Source of the DNA: Atractiella rhizophila
Lineage: Eukaryota
Assembly: GCA_021432655.1 (NCBI GenBank)
Contig: MU271611.1
Span: 1-39,432, forward strand
DNA: 39,432 bases
Direction of reading: 5' to 3'
Position numbers and translations under genes: made by a program. Of this stretch, positions 12,441 to 22,905 are shown in pieces. Numbering within the stretch: position 1 is the first letter of the stretch; each line of letters begins with the position of its first letter. Below the pieces are notes generated by a model. That model was not told where the DNA came from, searched no databases, and saw nothing but the letters and a program-made list of their open reading frames with translations.

Positions 12441-13612
12441 TTACTTCCCCACCCTCTGCTCCGAACGTAAGAATCCAGCCATGGCCTGCTTCACCGTCGC
12501 CACATCCAACTCCTGCTGTCGTTTCGCATGGCTATTCCATCCCATCCCCATCAACACACAAGGTAGTCATCAGCATATGTCCCTTTAGCTTTTAGACCAG
12601 GTTTGCGCGTAAAACACAAAACACAGGATGTGCATATGGATGGAGATGGGAACGGAGGCAAGGTTGAGGAAGGAAGACTCACAAGATTTCAGACAACCTC
12701 AAGCCCCACGCTGGGAAGCCTCTCAGTGTACAACTCTCTCCTCCCAATACGACCAACAAGTCCGGTTCGGGAAGCTTCCACTCCGCATCAATGGTTCGAA
12801 TGTCTATGTCGCTCCAATCTAGAGGAGGTGAGCGAGAGAGGAGGGAACGTGTGATTTGGGCCAGGTATGGTTTTGAGGCTCGGGGAGAAAGGAGGTGTAT
12901 GGTGAGGAGGGGTGTTGGAGAGGACGAGGCGGATGGGAGGGAAGAAGGAGCTGTGGAATCGGAGGAGGAGGAGGAGGAGGAATGGGTTGTGGAGGTGGAG
13001 GTGGATTTGGAGAGGGATACAGAACGAGGAGTCCGCCGTCGGGGTTCGGAGAGGGAGAGGAAGGTTGGATGGTCGATTTGGAGAGTGGTGTACGGCGCCT
13101 CTTCCTCCTTCTCCTTCTCTTTCCTTTCTGCAGATGTGACGAGTCTGGCTGCGGGAACCGCTGCTGCTATTTGCTCAGCATAGTGCTCGAAAACACCTGT
13201 CGCCACAGAGCACCGATTAGCCAGTGTCCTCAACTCAATGAAACCCCCATAACTCATACCGCAGACACGTTGAGGAAGGAAACGTACCTGACGGATCGAA
13301 AAGAGCTAAGCTCTCCACTCCGACCTCTATAGCCCACTCAACAGCTCTACAAGCCGTCCTAACTGCCCTTTCCCTTTCCCTCTCCTTTACCCTCCCATTC
13401 CTATAACCAGGAGCAGTATCGAGGGAAATAGCGAGGTGTCTCAACCTCTTCTCCGCCTTCAGCCACGTCCCAACGTCGACTGTGTCTAATGAAAAATGTT
13501 GGTTGGGGTCGGAGGAAAACAGGAGGTGGGAGAGGTAAGAGATTAGGCGGGAGAACGCGTAGAGGGTATGTAAGAGCAGGAAGAGCAGGAAGGAGAGCAG
13601 TTGGCGCATCAT
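12441..13612 (-). CDS. NUS1: Dehydrodolichyl diphosphate synthase subunit (Nogo-B receptor family)
   Basis: N-terminal hydrophobic helix; HLAI; VEWAIEVGVESLALFDPSG; LPEPDLLVV...LRGFPAWGLRLSEI; C-terminal EQRVGK* (RxG motif). Confidence 0.9.
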
Positions 13613-14181
13613 TTTGGTCAGTTTGGGCGAGTTGCAGCTGCGTCGTGATGAACAACGCGACACGTCGCGTTTTCGGCTTTACCCGAGCAACTTGTCACAA
13701 GCATCACCGCCAGGGGGCTGAGGTCAGGGCATTGGTGCAGGGAATGAGGAACTACGGGACTACATTGAGCTGAGGTGGATTCAATTATGACTGATTGATT
13801 GGACACATGGTATTGTACTATGATGAAATCGCAAAGAGAGACAGTCATTTGAGTCGTTCTCCCTTCCGTTTCGATCCTCGAGCTGGCGTGGCTAGCGCTG
13901 GCTCAGAATTGGGCAGGGAATGGAAGACATTCCAAGGCATATGCTCGTAAACCACATATTCATCTGGTACGCGATGCCCGATGGCTTCTCGAGCAGCCAT
14001 TTCTAGTGCAGCATCAGCTAGAAACATTGAGATCGAAGCCGATATGAATGCTTACAGCTTTCACCAGGTGCATAAGCGGCTTTACGAACCTCTTGCACTC
14101 TGTCCTGAATGACTGTTTACAGCGAGAATGAGCGTTAAACAATGGAGGAGCTAGAGGCAAAGTATGATATGGATTGAAGCC

Positions 14182-14235
14182 GCACACAGTCATTTCGAGG
14201 CACACACTCATGTCGAGGCACACACTCATTTCGCA
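14182..14235 (+). repeat. Three near-perfect 18-bp tandem units (GCACACACTCATTTCGAG-like)
   Basis: GCACACAGTCATTTCGAG / GCACACACTCATGTCGAG / GCACACACTCATTTCGCA, read directly upstream of FunK1 copy A. Confidence 0.85.
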
Positions 14236-14373
14236 ACATCCATTGGCCCTCCTGCCTCGTCGAACGCCTCGTCAAATACCTTCACCCCCTCCTGTTGCAT
14301 CCTCAGTCTCCTCATCTCCTAGCCCTACCCCGTCGCCCATCTCGACGCACCACCTGCCATCAATCCGTTCGCG

Positions 14374-16648
14374 ATGCCTCCCAGACCAACATCTCACACC
14401 TCGCTTAGGCCTTCCACGCCAGCCGAACAACAAAGCTTACCTACCAGCTTACCTACTAACGCTTCAGGCACGCCAACTAGCCGCAGCCGCTCAGGGGAAA
14501 TAGGATATTTCACATTGACAGATGAAAACAAGAGTTACGTGCAGGCAGAGCGGGAGATGAAGGGGAAGTTCGTGAAGGTGACCATTGAGGAGTTTCTCGC
14601 GTACTTACCGAAGGCACCAACGGAGTTCAACAACAAGATCAAAGTGAAACTGGATGAAAAGGCAACTGAGCCGCAGAAATACGATCAATTAGTGAGTGAT
14701 CGTTTTACGTGCCAAAGAAGTTAGTTTTTCCCCTTCGCCTGTCGGGCTTCGCGCTATGTCGCCTAGGTCGACTCGTCATCGAACGAGATATGTCAAGCAT
14801 CCACTTGCCACCCACCCTGAACCCTTTGTTGATGCTGTCAGCAAGAGTAATGTGCTGACATGCCGCTACAGATAGCTACCCTCAGCCCCATGCTGAAGCA
14901 AGCGAGCGATCATAGGGGTAGTTGGAGTCTCGTCAATACGTCGACCCATCCAGACAACGACACGCTCGGAATCTTCGGAGCGGAGTCCGTTAAACCAGCC
15001 ATAACTCTCTATTATGACAAGGAATCCACCAGCAACAACTCGCACCGAAAGATCTGTGACATGAGGCGCGCCATGCTGTTTGGAGAATTCAAGGAGTACA
15101 CGCCGACAGACGGGGAGAAGACGAAAGGAATGACTGGAGTTGCTTTCAACGATGACGCTACCAAATTCGAGACGTCCAGTCTGGAGGGGAAGCTCATTCG
15201 CGGCCAAATCACACTGTACAACACGGTCATTCAAGCCCGCCAGTTTCGAACCAGGGTCTTCTCCTTCTTCATTCACGGTGAAACCTGCCGTCTGATCCGT
15301 CACTCGCGAGCCTGTGCAGAGGTGTCGGTTTCGTTCTCGCTGGAGGACACGGATCATCTACAGCAATTCCTTTGGCGATTCATGCACGCAAAAGATCACG
15401 AACGAGGCCTCGATACATCCTTCACTTCCGTCGACCTAGCCACGAAAAAAGGCAAATCTCTCCGGATCATGGATACCTTGAAGGTTGGTCGCAGTGAATC
15501 CCTCCACGCTGTCTTTTCCGTCGAAGTCGCAAAGAAGACGTTCTTGCTTCACCGTGAGTTCACAAGGGCTCATCATTTTCCTCTCGGACGTGGCACCAGG
15601 TGCTTCGTTGCCTATGACGAGGAATCAGACCGAGCTGTCGTTCTCAAGGACTCGTGGAGGGACGAGGCGTACGAAGACGAGGGGAAAGTTTATGAGAAAT
15701 TGAAAAATGCTGGTGTTCCGAACTTGTTCAACGTCGTCGCCTACGGGGATGTCAAGGAGGGAAGCGATTCTCAGCGTGTGACTTTCAAGTACAAGGATAG
15801 GTCAGGTCAGGAGAAGAAGAAGGTTCTGTGTCATTCCCGACTCGTCCTGGACCGCGTGGGAAGATCTTTAGCGGATTTCAGAACGGAGAGAGAACTGGTA
15901 GTGGCTGTTAGAGATGCGTTGATGGGTGAGTCCGTCCAATCGAGACAGACCATGTTGCTCACTGTAGCGGAAGCTCACAAGGAAGCTTTTGAGAAGACAG
16001 GCATTCTACATCGTGATATTTCTGCTGGGAATATCGTATTGAATGCGGCAGATGCAGATGAGGGCGGGTTCCTCATTGATTGGGAGTCAGCCAAGACCGA
16101 AACAATGACTGACCCTGGGATGAACGAAAGGATGGTTCGTTGTTCACCACCTCACTTCGCAATGGAGGATCTAAGCAGACTGGCAGGGAACGTACCAGTT
16201 CCTGTCTATACGACTACTGGAAGACATGGGGAATCCGGTGGCGGTCAAGCATGAACTTCAAGACGACTTAGAGTCCTTCGCCTGGGCTCTTTACTGGACC
16301 GCCGCCAGATATGCTCCTACTACAGCGGACGATCAGAACAAAAGGACCCTCGAATACTTTGACGACCCCGACCCAGAAAAGGCGGCGGACCTGAAAGGAC
16401 TCCTCATAGGTGTGCAAGGGTGTGCACAGAGGCTGCGGCTTAAATCTCGGCCTCTCACGACACTCCTCGATGCAGTGATGGGAGCTCTGAGCTGCTACCT
16501 GAGTACCAATTCGCTCAAATTCTGGGTAGATCCCTACGACGAGTCAGGTGGTCCTAATGGCTCCATAAAGCATAGCGCAGATATGGGAAGTCATGACCTC
16601 ATGCTCCGTCTCTTTAACGACGCGTTGAAGAAGGAAGTTTGGACTTGA
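14374..16648 (+). CDS. FunK1 fungal-type protein kinase, copy A (intact, 4 exons)
   Basis: Introns at 14692-14871, 15926-15973 and 16135-16186. Motifs RGQITLY, QFRTRVFS, FLWRF, RGLDTS, GRGTRCF, VVLKDSW, HSRLVL, HRDISAGN, LIDWE, GTYQFLS, DDLESF. Confidence 0.92.
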
Positions 16649-17392
16649 TGGACTCATGCAATGTGCAGCTAGCGAATGCAGTTTTCACGTTGTAGAAACT
16701 TTTTGTGCACCTTTTTCAGTTGGTTTATGCTTCTCAAGATTTCCATTTCCCTTCCCATTTTATCCGTTCAACTCATTTTTGATTTTTAATTTCATTGATA
16801 GCTTTTCTCTTATTTGTTGTTTTATGGGGTACCTACAAAATCGATCTCCTCCCTCCTATTTTGATCCTCGGCCTAGTTTCTGGTGGGGCCGTGGGCAACA
16901 CTAGAGATCCTCTTTGCCACTCCCTTGTAAATGTTCACGACTCACTCTTGAGTTGTACACTGTTACTCTACCCTGTTAGTCAACGTACCCCATATATTCA
17001 ACCTTTCAAATCAAGCTTAAATTCTTAGCTAATTCGTATTCAAAGTGAAGTAGTAGTGACGCGCATGTCGTGCAGTTAGCTAAGCGATAACCCAATGAGA
17101 TATCAACGTGTGTATTTTATAATGACATTTTACCAAGCGCAGACATGTCGCATTTCTTTTCTATCAGAATCACTGTGATGTCTTGAGATCTATCCCTTGA
17201 GCATCAGGAGTGACATAGCAAGCAAAGGAAGTAAGAAATGGGTTGAAGAGGCACAGATTCATTTTCGTCAACATCTATAGGCGCTTCCGCTTCTTCTACC
17301 TTCATTCCCTCTTTTTCATCCTCCGTCTCCTCATCTCCTAACCCTGTTCCTTCGCCCATCTCGACACACCACCTGCCATCAATCCGTTCGCG

Positions 17393-19663
17393 ATGCCTCC
17401 CAGTCCAACATCTCACACCTCGCTTAGGCCGTCCACGCCACCCGAACAACAAAGCTTACCTACCAGCGTAACCTATAACGCTTCAGGCACGCCAACTAGC
17501 CGCAGCTGCTCAGGGGAAATAGGATATTTCACATTGACAGATGAAAACAAGAGTTACGTGCAGGCAGAGCGGGAGATGAAGGGGAAGTTTGTGAAGGTGA
17601 CCATTGAGGAGTTTCTCGCGTACTTACCGAAGGCACCAACGGAGTTCAACAACAAGATGAAAGTGAAACTGGATGAAAAGGCAACTGGGCCGCAGAAATA
17701 TGATCAATTGGTGAGTGATCGTTTTACGTGCCAAAGAAGTTAGTTTTTCCCCTTCGCTTGTCGGGCTTCGCGCTATGTCGCCTAGGTCGACTCGTCATCG
17801 AACGAGATATGTCAAGCATCCACTTGCCACCCACCCTGAACCCTTTGTTGATGCTGTCAGCAAGAGTAATGTGCTGACATGCCGCTACAGATAGCTACCC
17901 TCAGCCCCATGCTGAAGCAAGCGAGCGATCATAGGGGTAGTTGGAGTCTCGTCAATACGTCGACCCATCCTGACAACGACACGCTCGGAATCTTCAGGGC
18001 GGAGTCCGTTAAACCAGACATAACTCTCTATTATGACGAAGAATCCACCAGCAACAACTCACACCGAAAGATCTGTGACATGAGGCGCGCCGTGCTGTTT
18101 GGAGAATTCAAGGAGTATAAGTCGACAGACGGGGAGAAGACGAAGGGAATGACTGGAGTTGCTTTCAACGATGACGCTACCAAATTCGAGACGTCCAGTC
18201 TGGAGGGGAAGCTCATTCGCGGCCAAATCACACTGTACAACACGGTCATTCAAGCCCGCCAGTTTCGAACCAGGGTCTTCTCCTTCTTCATTCACGGTGA
18301 AACCTGCCGTCTAATCCGTCACTCGCGAGCCTGTGCAGAGGTCTCGGTTTCGTTCTCGCTAGAGGACACGGACCATCTACAACAATTCCTTTGGCGATTC
18401 ATGCACGCAAAAGATCACGAACGAGGCCTCGATACATCCTTCACTCCCATCGACCTAGCCATGAAAAAAGGCAAGTCTCCCAGATCAAGGATATCTTGAA
18501 GGTTGCCAGTGAATCCCTCCACGCTGTCTTTTCCGTCGAAGTCGCAAAGAAGACGTTCTTGCTTCACCGTGAGTTCACAAGGGCTCATCATTTTCCTCTC
18601 GGACGTGGCACCAGGTGCTTCGTTGCCTATGACGAGGAATCAGACCGAGCTGTCGTTCTCAAGGACTCGTGGAGGGACGAGGCGTACGAAGACGAGGGTA
18701 AAGTTTATGAGAAATTGAAAAATGCTGGTGTTCCGAACTTGTTCAACGTCGTCGCCTACGGGGATGTCAAGCAAGGGTGCGATTTTCAGCGTGTGACTTT
18801 CAAGTACAAGGGTAGGCTAGGTCAGGAGAAGAAGAAGGTTCTGTGTCATTCCCGACTCGTCCTGGACCGCGTGGGAAGATCTTTAGCGGATTTCAGAACG
18901 GAGAGGGAACTGGTGGTGGCTGTTAGAGATGCGTTGATGGGTAAGTCCGTCCAATCGAGACAGATGATGATGCTCACCGTAGCGGAAGCTCACAAGGAAG
19001 CTTTTGAGAAGACAGGCATTCTACATCGTGATATTTCTGCTGGGAATATCGTATTGAATGCGGCAGATGCAGACGAGGGCGGTTTCCTCATTGATTGGGA
19101 GTCAGCCAAGACCGAAACAATGACTGACCCTGGGATGAACGAAAGGATGGTTCGTTGTTCATCATCTCACCTCGCAACTGAGGAGCTAAGCAGACTGGCA
19201 GGGAACGTACCAGTTCCTGTCTATACGACTCCTGGAAGACATGGGGAATCCGGTGGCTGCCAAGCATGAACTCCAAGACGACTTAGAGTCCTTCGTCTGG
19301 GTCCTTTACTGGATGGCAGCCAAATATGCACCTACAACGGCAGATGATCAGAACAGAATGACGCTCGAATTCTTTGACGACCCCGACCCAAAAAGGGCGG
19401 CGCGACTGAAAAAACTCCTCATACGCGACCCTGACTGTGCACAAGAGCTGCGACTTAAATCTCGGTCTCTCACGACACTCCTCGATGCAATGATGGGAGC
19501 TCTGAGCTGCTACCGGGGTGGGAAATCGCTCAAATCCTGGGTAGATCCCTACGACGCGTCAGGTGGTCCGAATGGCTCCACAAAGTACAGCGCAGATATG
19601 GGAAGTCATGACCTCATGCTCCGTCTCTTTAATGACGCCTTGAAGACGGAAGTTTGGACTTGA
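17393..19663 (+). pseudogene. FunK1 copy B with a 1-nt deletion frameshift at ~18479 (stop at 18497-18499)
   Basis: Copy A reads TCT CTC CGG ATC and copy B reads TCT CC CAG ATC. The downstream kinase motifs are intact in the shifted frame (ORF 18391-19269). A sequencing error is also possible. Confidence 0.8.
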
Positions 19664-20182
19664 TAGACTCATGCAGTGGACAGCTAGTGAATGCAGTTTT
19701 TTCACTTTGTCGAAATTTTCGTGCATCTTTTTCGTTTGTCCTCCGCTTCTCAAATTGTCCATTTCTTTTCCTATTTTCTCTGTTTCAACTCGTTTGTACT
19801 TTTCAATTCAATGACAGCTTTTATCTTCTTTCTTTTTCTTTGCGGTCACCTACCATCCCGATCTCCTCCCTCCTATTTAGATGATCCCTTGCCCAGTTTC
19901 TGCTAGAATGCAATACGCATTCACACGCGATGAAAATTAGAGATCTTGCCACTCCCATGTAAATGTTCACGACCCACTATTGTGTTGTACACCGTTACTC
20001 TTCCCTGGTACTCGACATACCCCATACATTAAACTTTTTCAAAAATCAGGCTTAAATTCTTAGCTGGTTTGTATTCAGAGTGAAGTAGCAAGTGACGCAC
20101 ACATCCTGAAGCAGGCTAGCTAAGCAATAACATAAATGTGTTTGAGATATTACAAAATGGTGTGTATTTTGTAATCACATTA

Positions 20183-20852
20183 AAGGAAGCTTTTGAGAAG
20201 ACAGGCATTCTACATCGTGATATTTCTGCTGGGAATATCGTATTGAATGCGGCAGATGCAGACGAGGGCGGTTTCCTCATTGATTGGGAGTCTGCCAAGA
20301 CCGAAACAATGACGGACCCTGGGATGGACGAAAGGATGGTTCGTTGTTCACCACCTCACTTCGCAATAGAGGATCTAAGCAGACTGGCAGGGAACGTACC
20401 AGTTCCTGTCTATACGACTCCTGGAAGACATGGGGAATCCGGTGGCTGTCAAGCATGAACTTCAGGACGACTTAGAGTCCTTCGCCTGGGTTCTTTACTG
20501 GATGGCAGCCAAATATGCACCTACAACGGCGGACGATCAGAACAAAATGACGCTCGATTTCCTTGACGACCCCGACCCAAAAAGGGCGGCGCGACTGAAA
20601 AAACTCCTCATACGCGACCGTGAATGTGCACAAGAGCTGCGACTTAAATCTCGGTCTCTCACAACACTCCTCGATGCAATGATGGGAGCTCTGAGCTGCT
20701 ACCGGGGTGGGAAATCGCTCAAATCCTGGGTAGATCCCTACGACGCGTCAGGTGGTCCGAATGGCTCCACAAAGTACAGCGCAGATATGGGAAGTCATGA
20801 CCTCATGCTCCGTCTCTTTAATGACGCCTTGAAGACGGAAGTTTGGACTTGA
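20183..20852 (+). pseudogene. FunK1 copy C, 5'-truncated (catalytic loop to C-terminus only)
   Basis: Begins abruptly at AAGGAAGCTTTT (KEAFEKTGILHRDISAGN), fused directly to the 3' flank of copy B. Lacks the N-terminal domain and the kinase N-lobe. Confidence 0.9.
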
Positions 20853-22160
20853 TAGACTCATGCAGTGGACAGCTAGTGAATGCAGTTTTTTCACTTTGTC
20901 GAAATTTTCGTGCATCTTTTTCGTTTGTCCTCCGCTTCTCAAATTGTCCATTTCTTTTCCTATTTTCTCTGTTTCAACTCGTTTGTACTTTTCAATTCAA
21001 TGACAGCTTTTATCTTCTTTCTTTTTCTTTGCGGTCACCTACCATCCCGATCTCCTCCCTCCTATTTAGATGATCCCTTGCCCAGTTTCTGCTAGAATGC
21101 AATACGCATTCACACGCGATGAAAATTAGAGATCTTGCCACTCCCATGTAAATGTTCACGACCCACTATTGTGTTGTACACCGTTACTCTTCCCTGGTAC
21201 TCGACATACCCCATACATTAAACTTTTTCAAAAATCAGGCTTAAATTCTTAGCTGGTTTGTATTCAGAGTGAAGTAGCAAGTGACGCACACATCCTGAAG
21301 CAGGCTAGCTAAGCAATAACATAAATGTGTTTGAGATATTACAAAATGGTGTGTATTTTGTAATCACATTCTACCAAGAAATTGACTTGCAGGTGTCGCA
21401 TTTTTTCTACCAGAATCATTGCGATGTCATGAGAACTATCCGTCAATGTACACATACAAGATATTTGGTTGAAGCCGGGTGGAGAGAATGTCATAATTCG
21501 AAGAAAGAGGGCTACCTGTTCAGAGCATTATAGCGTATGGTAAATCTGAGTAATATTTCCCAAAGTTTATATGCAGACATTGATTCTGAGGGTTACCAAG
21601 TGCACCAGTGCTGATTACATACAAACCGGGAGAGAAATGGCGTCGTTCAATATCTATACTAAATTTTGGCCATGTCGTTCAATCCGTGTACAAGTAAGGT
21701 ACGAGGCAGCAGAAATGGAGGACATCACTCTGCAGGACAGCCCTGAAGAAACAAGTATCAGAGTATGACCGCGTGGGAATTCGACGGCCTCGGCTCTGGA
21801 AGGAGATTGTCCAGGTCGGCTAACACATGGAAACCCGACTGACGACGGAGAGGACGGCTAAGGCAAAATGGGAGAGGCTCTCATGCCTTTCATTCCCAGT
21901 CTGCCCATTCGATTGATCATGGACTTGAAGTAGCAACAAGAGATTCCAAGCTCGTTTGTTCGACACAAACGAGAGGAACTTGGAAAGACGTCTACGGCGG
22001 CTTCATTGGCTGCGCATGATGAAAGGTTCGTTGGCTGGATGCGAGCTAAGGGGCGCGTTTTACCGTTGAGCGTCGAGCGTCAAGAGGAGCAGAGTATAAG
22101 CAAAGGCTGAAAGAAAGTGCTCGAATCGGTTCAAGAGACTAGAATGAAGCGGCATTGTAT

Positions 22161-22763
22161 TTATTCTCCTTTGGCATACGCCGCTCTAGCCTTCTCCCTC
22201 CTCTCTAGCTCATCTATACCCAACACATTAAGCATATTCAGTAGCCATTCTATCGAGAGCACAGACAGAGCCGAGAAGAGAATAGAGATACAAACCTTTG
22301 ACTTCCTTCATCCACCGCGCCTCTTCCACCTTATACTTGCTCCCGTCTGGCAGGGGCATGGTGTCTATGTTTTCAAACATACCACTATCAACGCATTGTG
22401 ACATCAGCAACCGGCTCATGTGTAAGGAGATACGGGGTTCGAACGAAGGAAGGGAAACTCACTCTTCTCCCGGTCGAAAGACGAGGAAGGGAATAACCAA
22501 GGCAGTTCCTCCATAGAAACCAAAGTACCATAAAGCCTCCCATCCCTCTTTCACTTCTCTCTCTGACGGTTTCTTTCCCCACAAATAACCTACACAATCC
22601 AGCATTCAGAAAAGCATCACCATCCAACCTGTGCTGCTGGACATATGTGGGAAAGGAACGAACCGGTTGGTGGGTTGAACCCAGCATTAAAAGACGCATG
22701 TCTCCTCCCTCCCACCCTCCAAGTGGCACTTAAAGGCTGCCGTACAGCTAGACGCGACAACAT
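22161..22763 (-). CDS. NADH:ubiquinone oxidoreductase ESSS subunit (NDUFB11-like)
   Basis: Mitochondrial presequence-like MLSRLAVRQPLSATWRVGGRRHAS, then FNPPTG|YLWGKKP...KEGWEALWYFGFYGG, one TM helix, FRP, and an acidic tail ending AAYAKGE*. Confidence 0.75.
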
Positions 22764-22905
22764 CTTCCTTGGTTTAGTTTGTTCTTCCTCTTTCACGTTG
22801 TCGCGAACGCCGAAACCACGAACCCAGAAATTTTCGATCTCGTCCTCCTCTCACTCTCAGGCTACGGTACCTGAACATTGAACTCCCTTGAAGATCTTCC
22901 TGAAG

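Larger units (their letters stand above)
14150..21440 (+). repeat. Tandem segmental duplication array: two ~3.0 kb units plus a 1189 bp partial unit
   Basis: Homologous ORFs are offset by 3019 (14374 vs 17393, 14860 vs 17879) and by 1189 (19241 vs 20430, 19654 vs 20843). Upstream and downstream flanks are also homologous. Outer boundaries are approximate. Confidence 0.95.

Noticed and set aside
12791..13332. Long + strand Glu/Arg/Gly-rich ORFs
   Set aside because: Antisense shadows of the Ser/Pro-rich, (TCC)n-coded insertion in NUS1.
18461..18470. G-AAA-AAA run just before the copy B frameshift as a programmed -1 slip site
   Set aside because: It is not a proper X XXY YYZ heptamer in this phase, the same run is present in intact copy A, and no stimulatory structure is evident.
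18471..18483. GC...AG mini-intron that would repair the copy B frame
   Set aside because: Only 13 nt long with no branch point; too short for the spliceosome.
14150..21440. Array as a transposon
   Set aside because: No terminal inverted repeats, LTRs, target-site duplication or transposase/RT motifs were seen; tandem duplication explains it.
21770..22090. RNase P, MRP or SRP RNA (GGGAATTCG and CCAGGTCGG resemble conserved blocks)
   Set aside because: No CR-V with P4 complementarity and no GNRA/AGCAG helix 8 partner were found.
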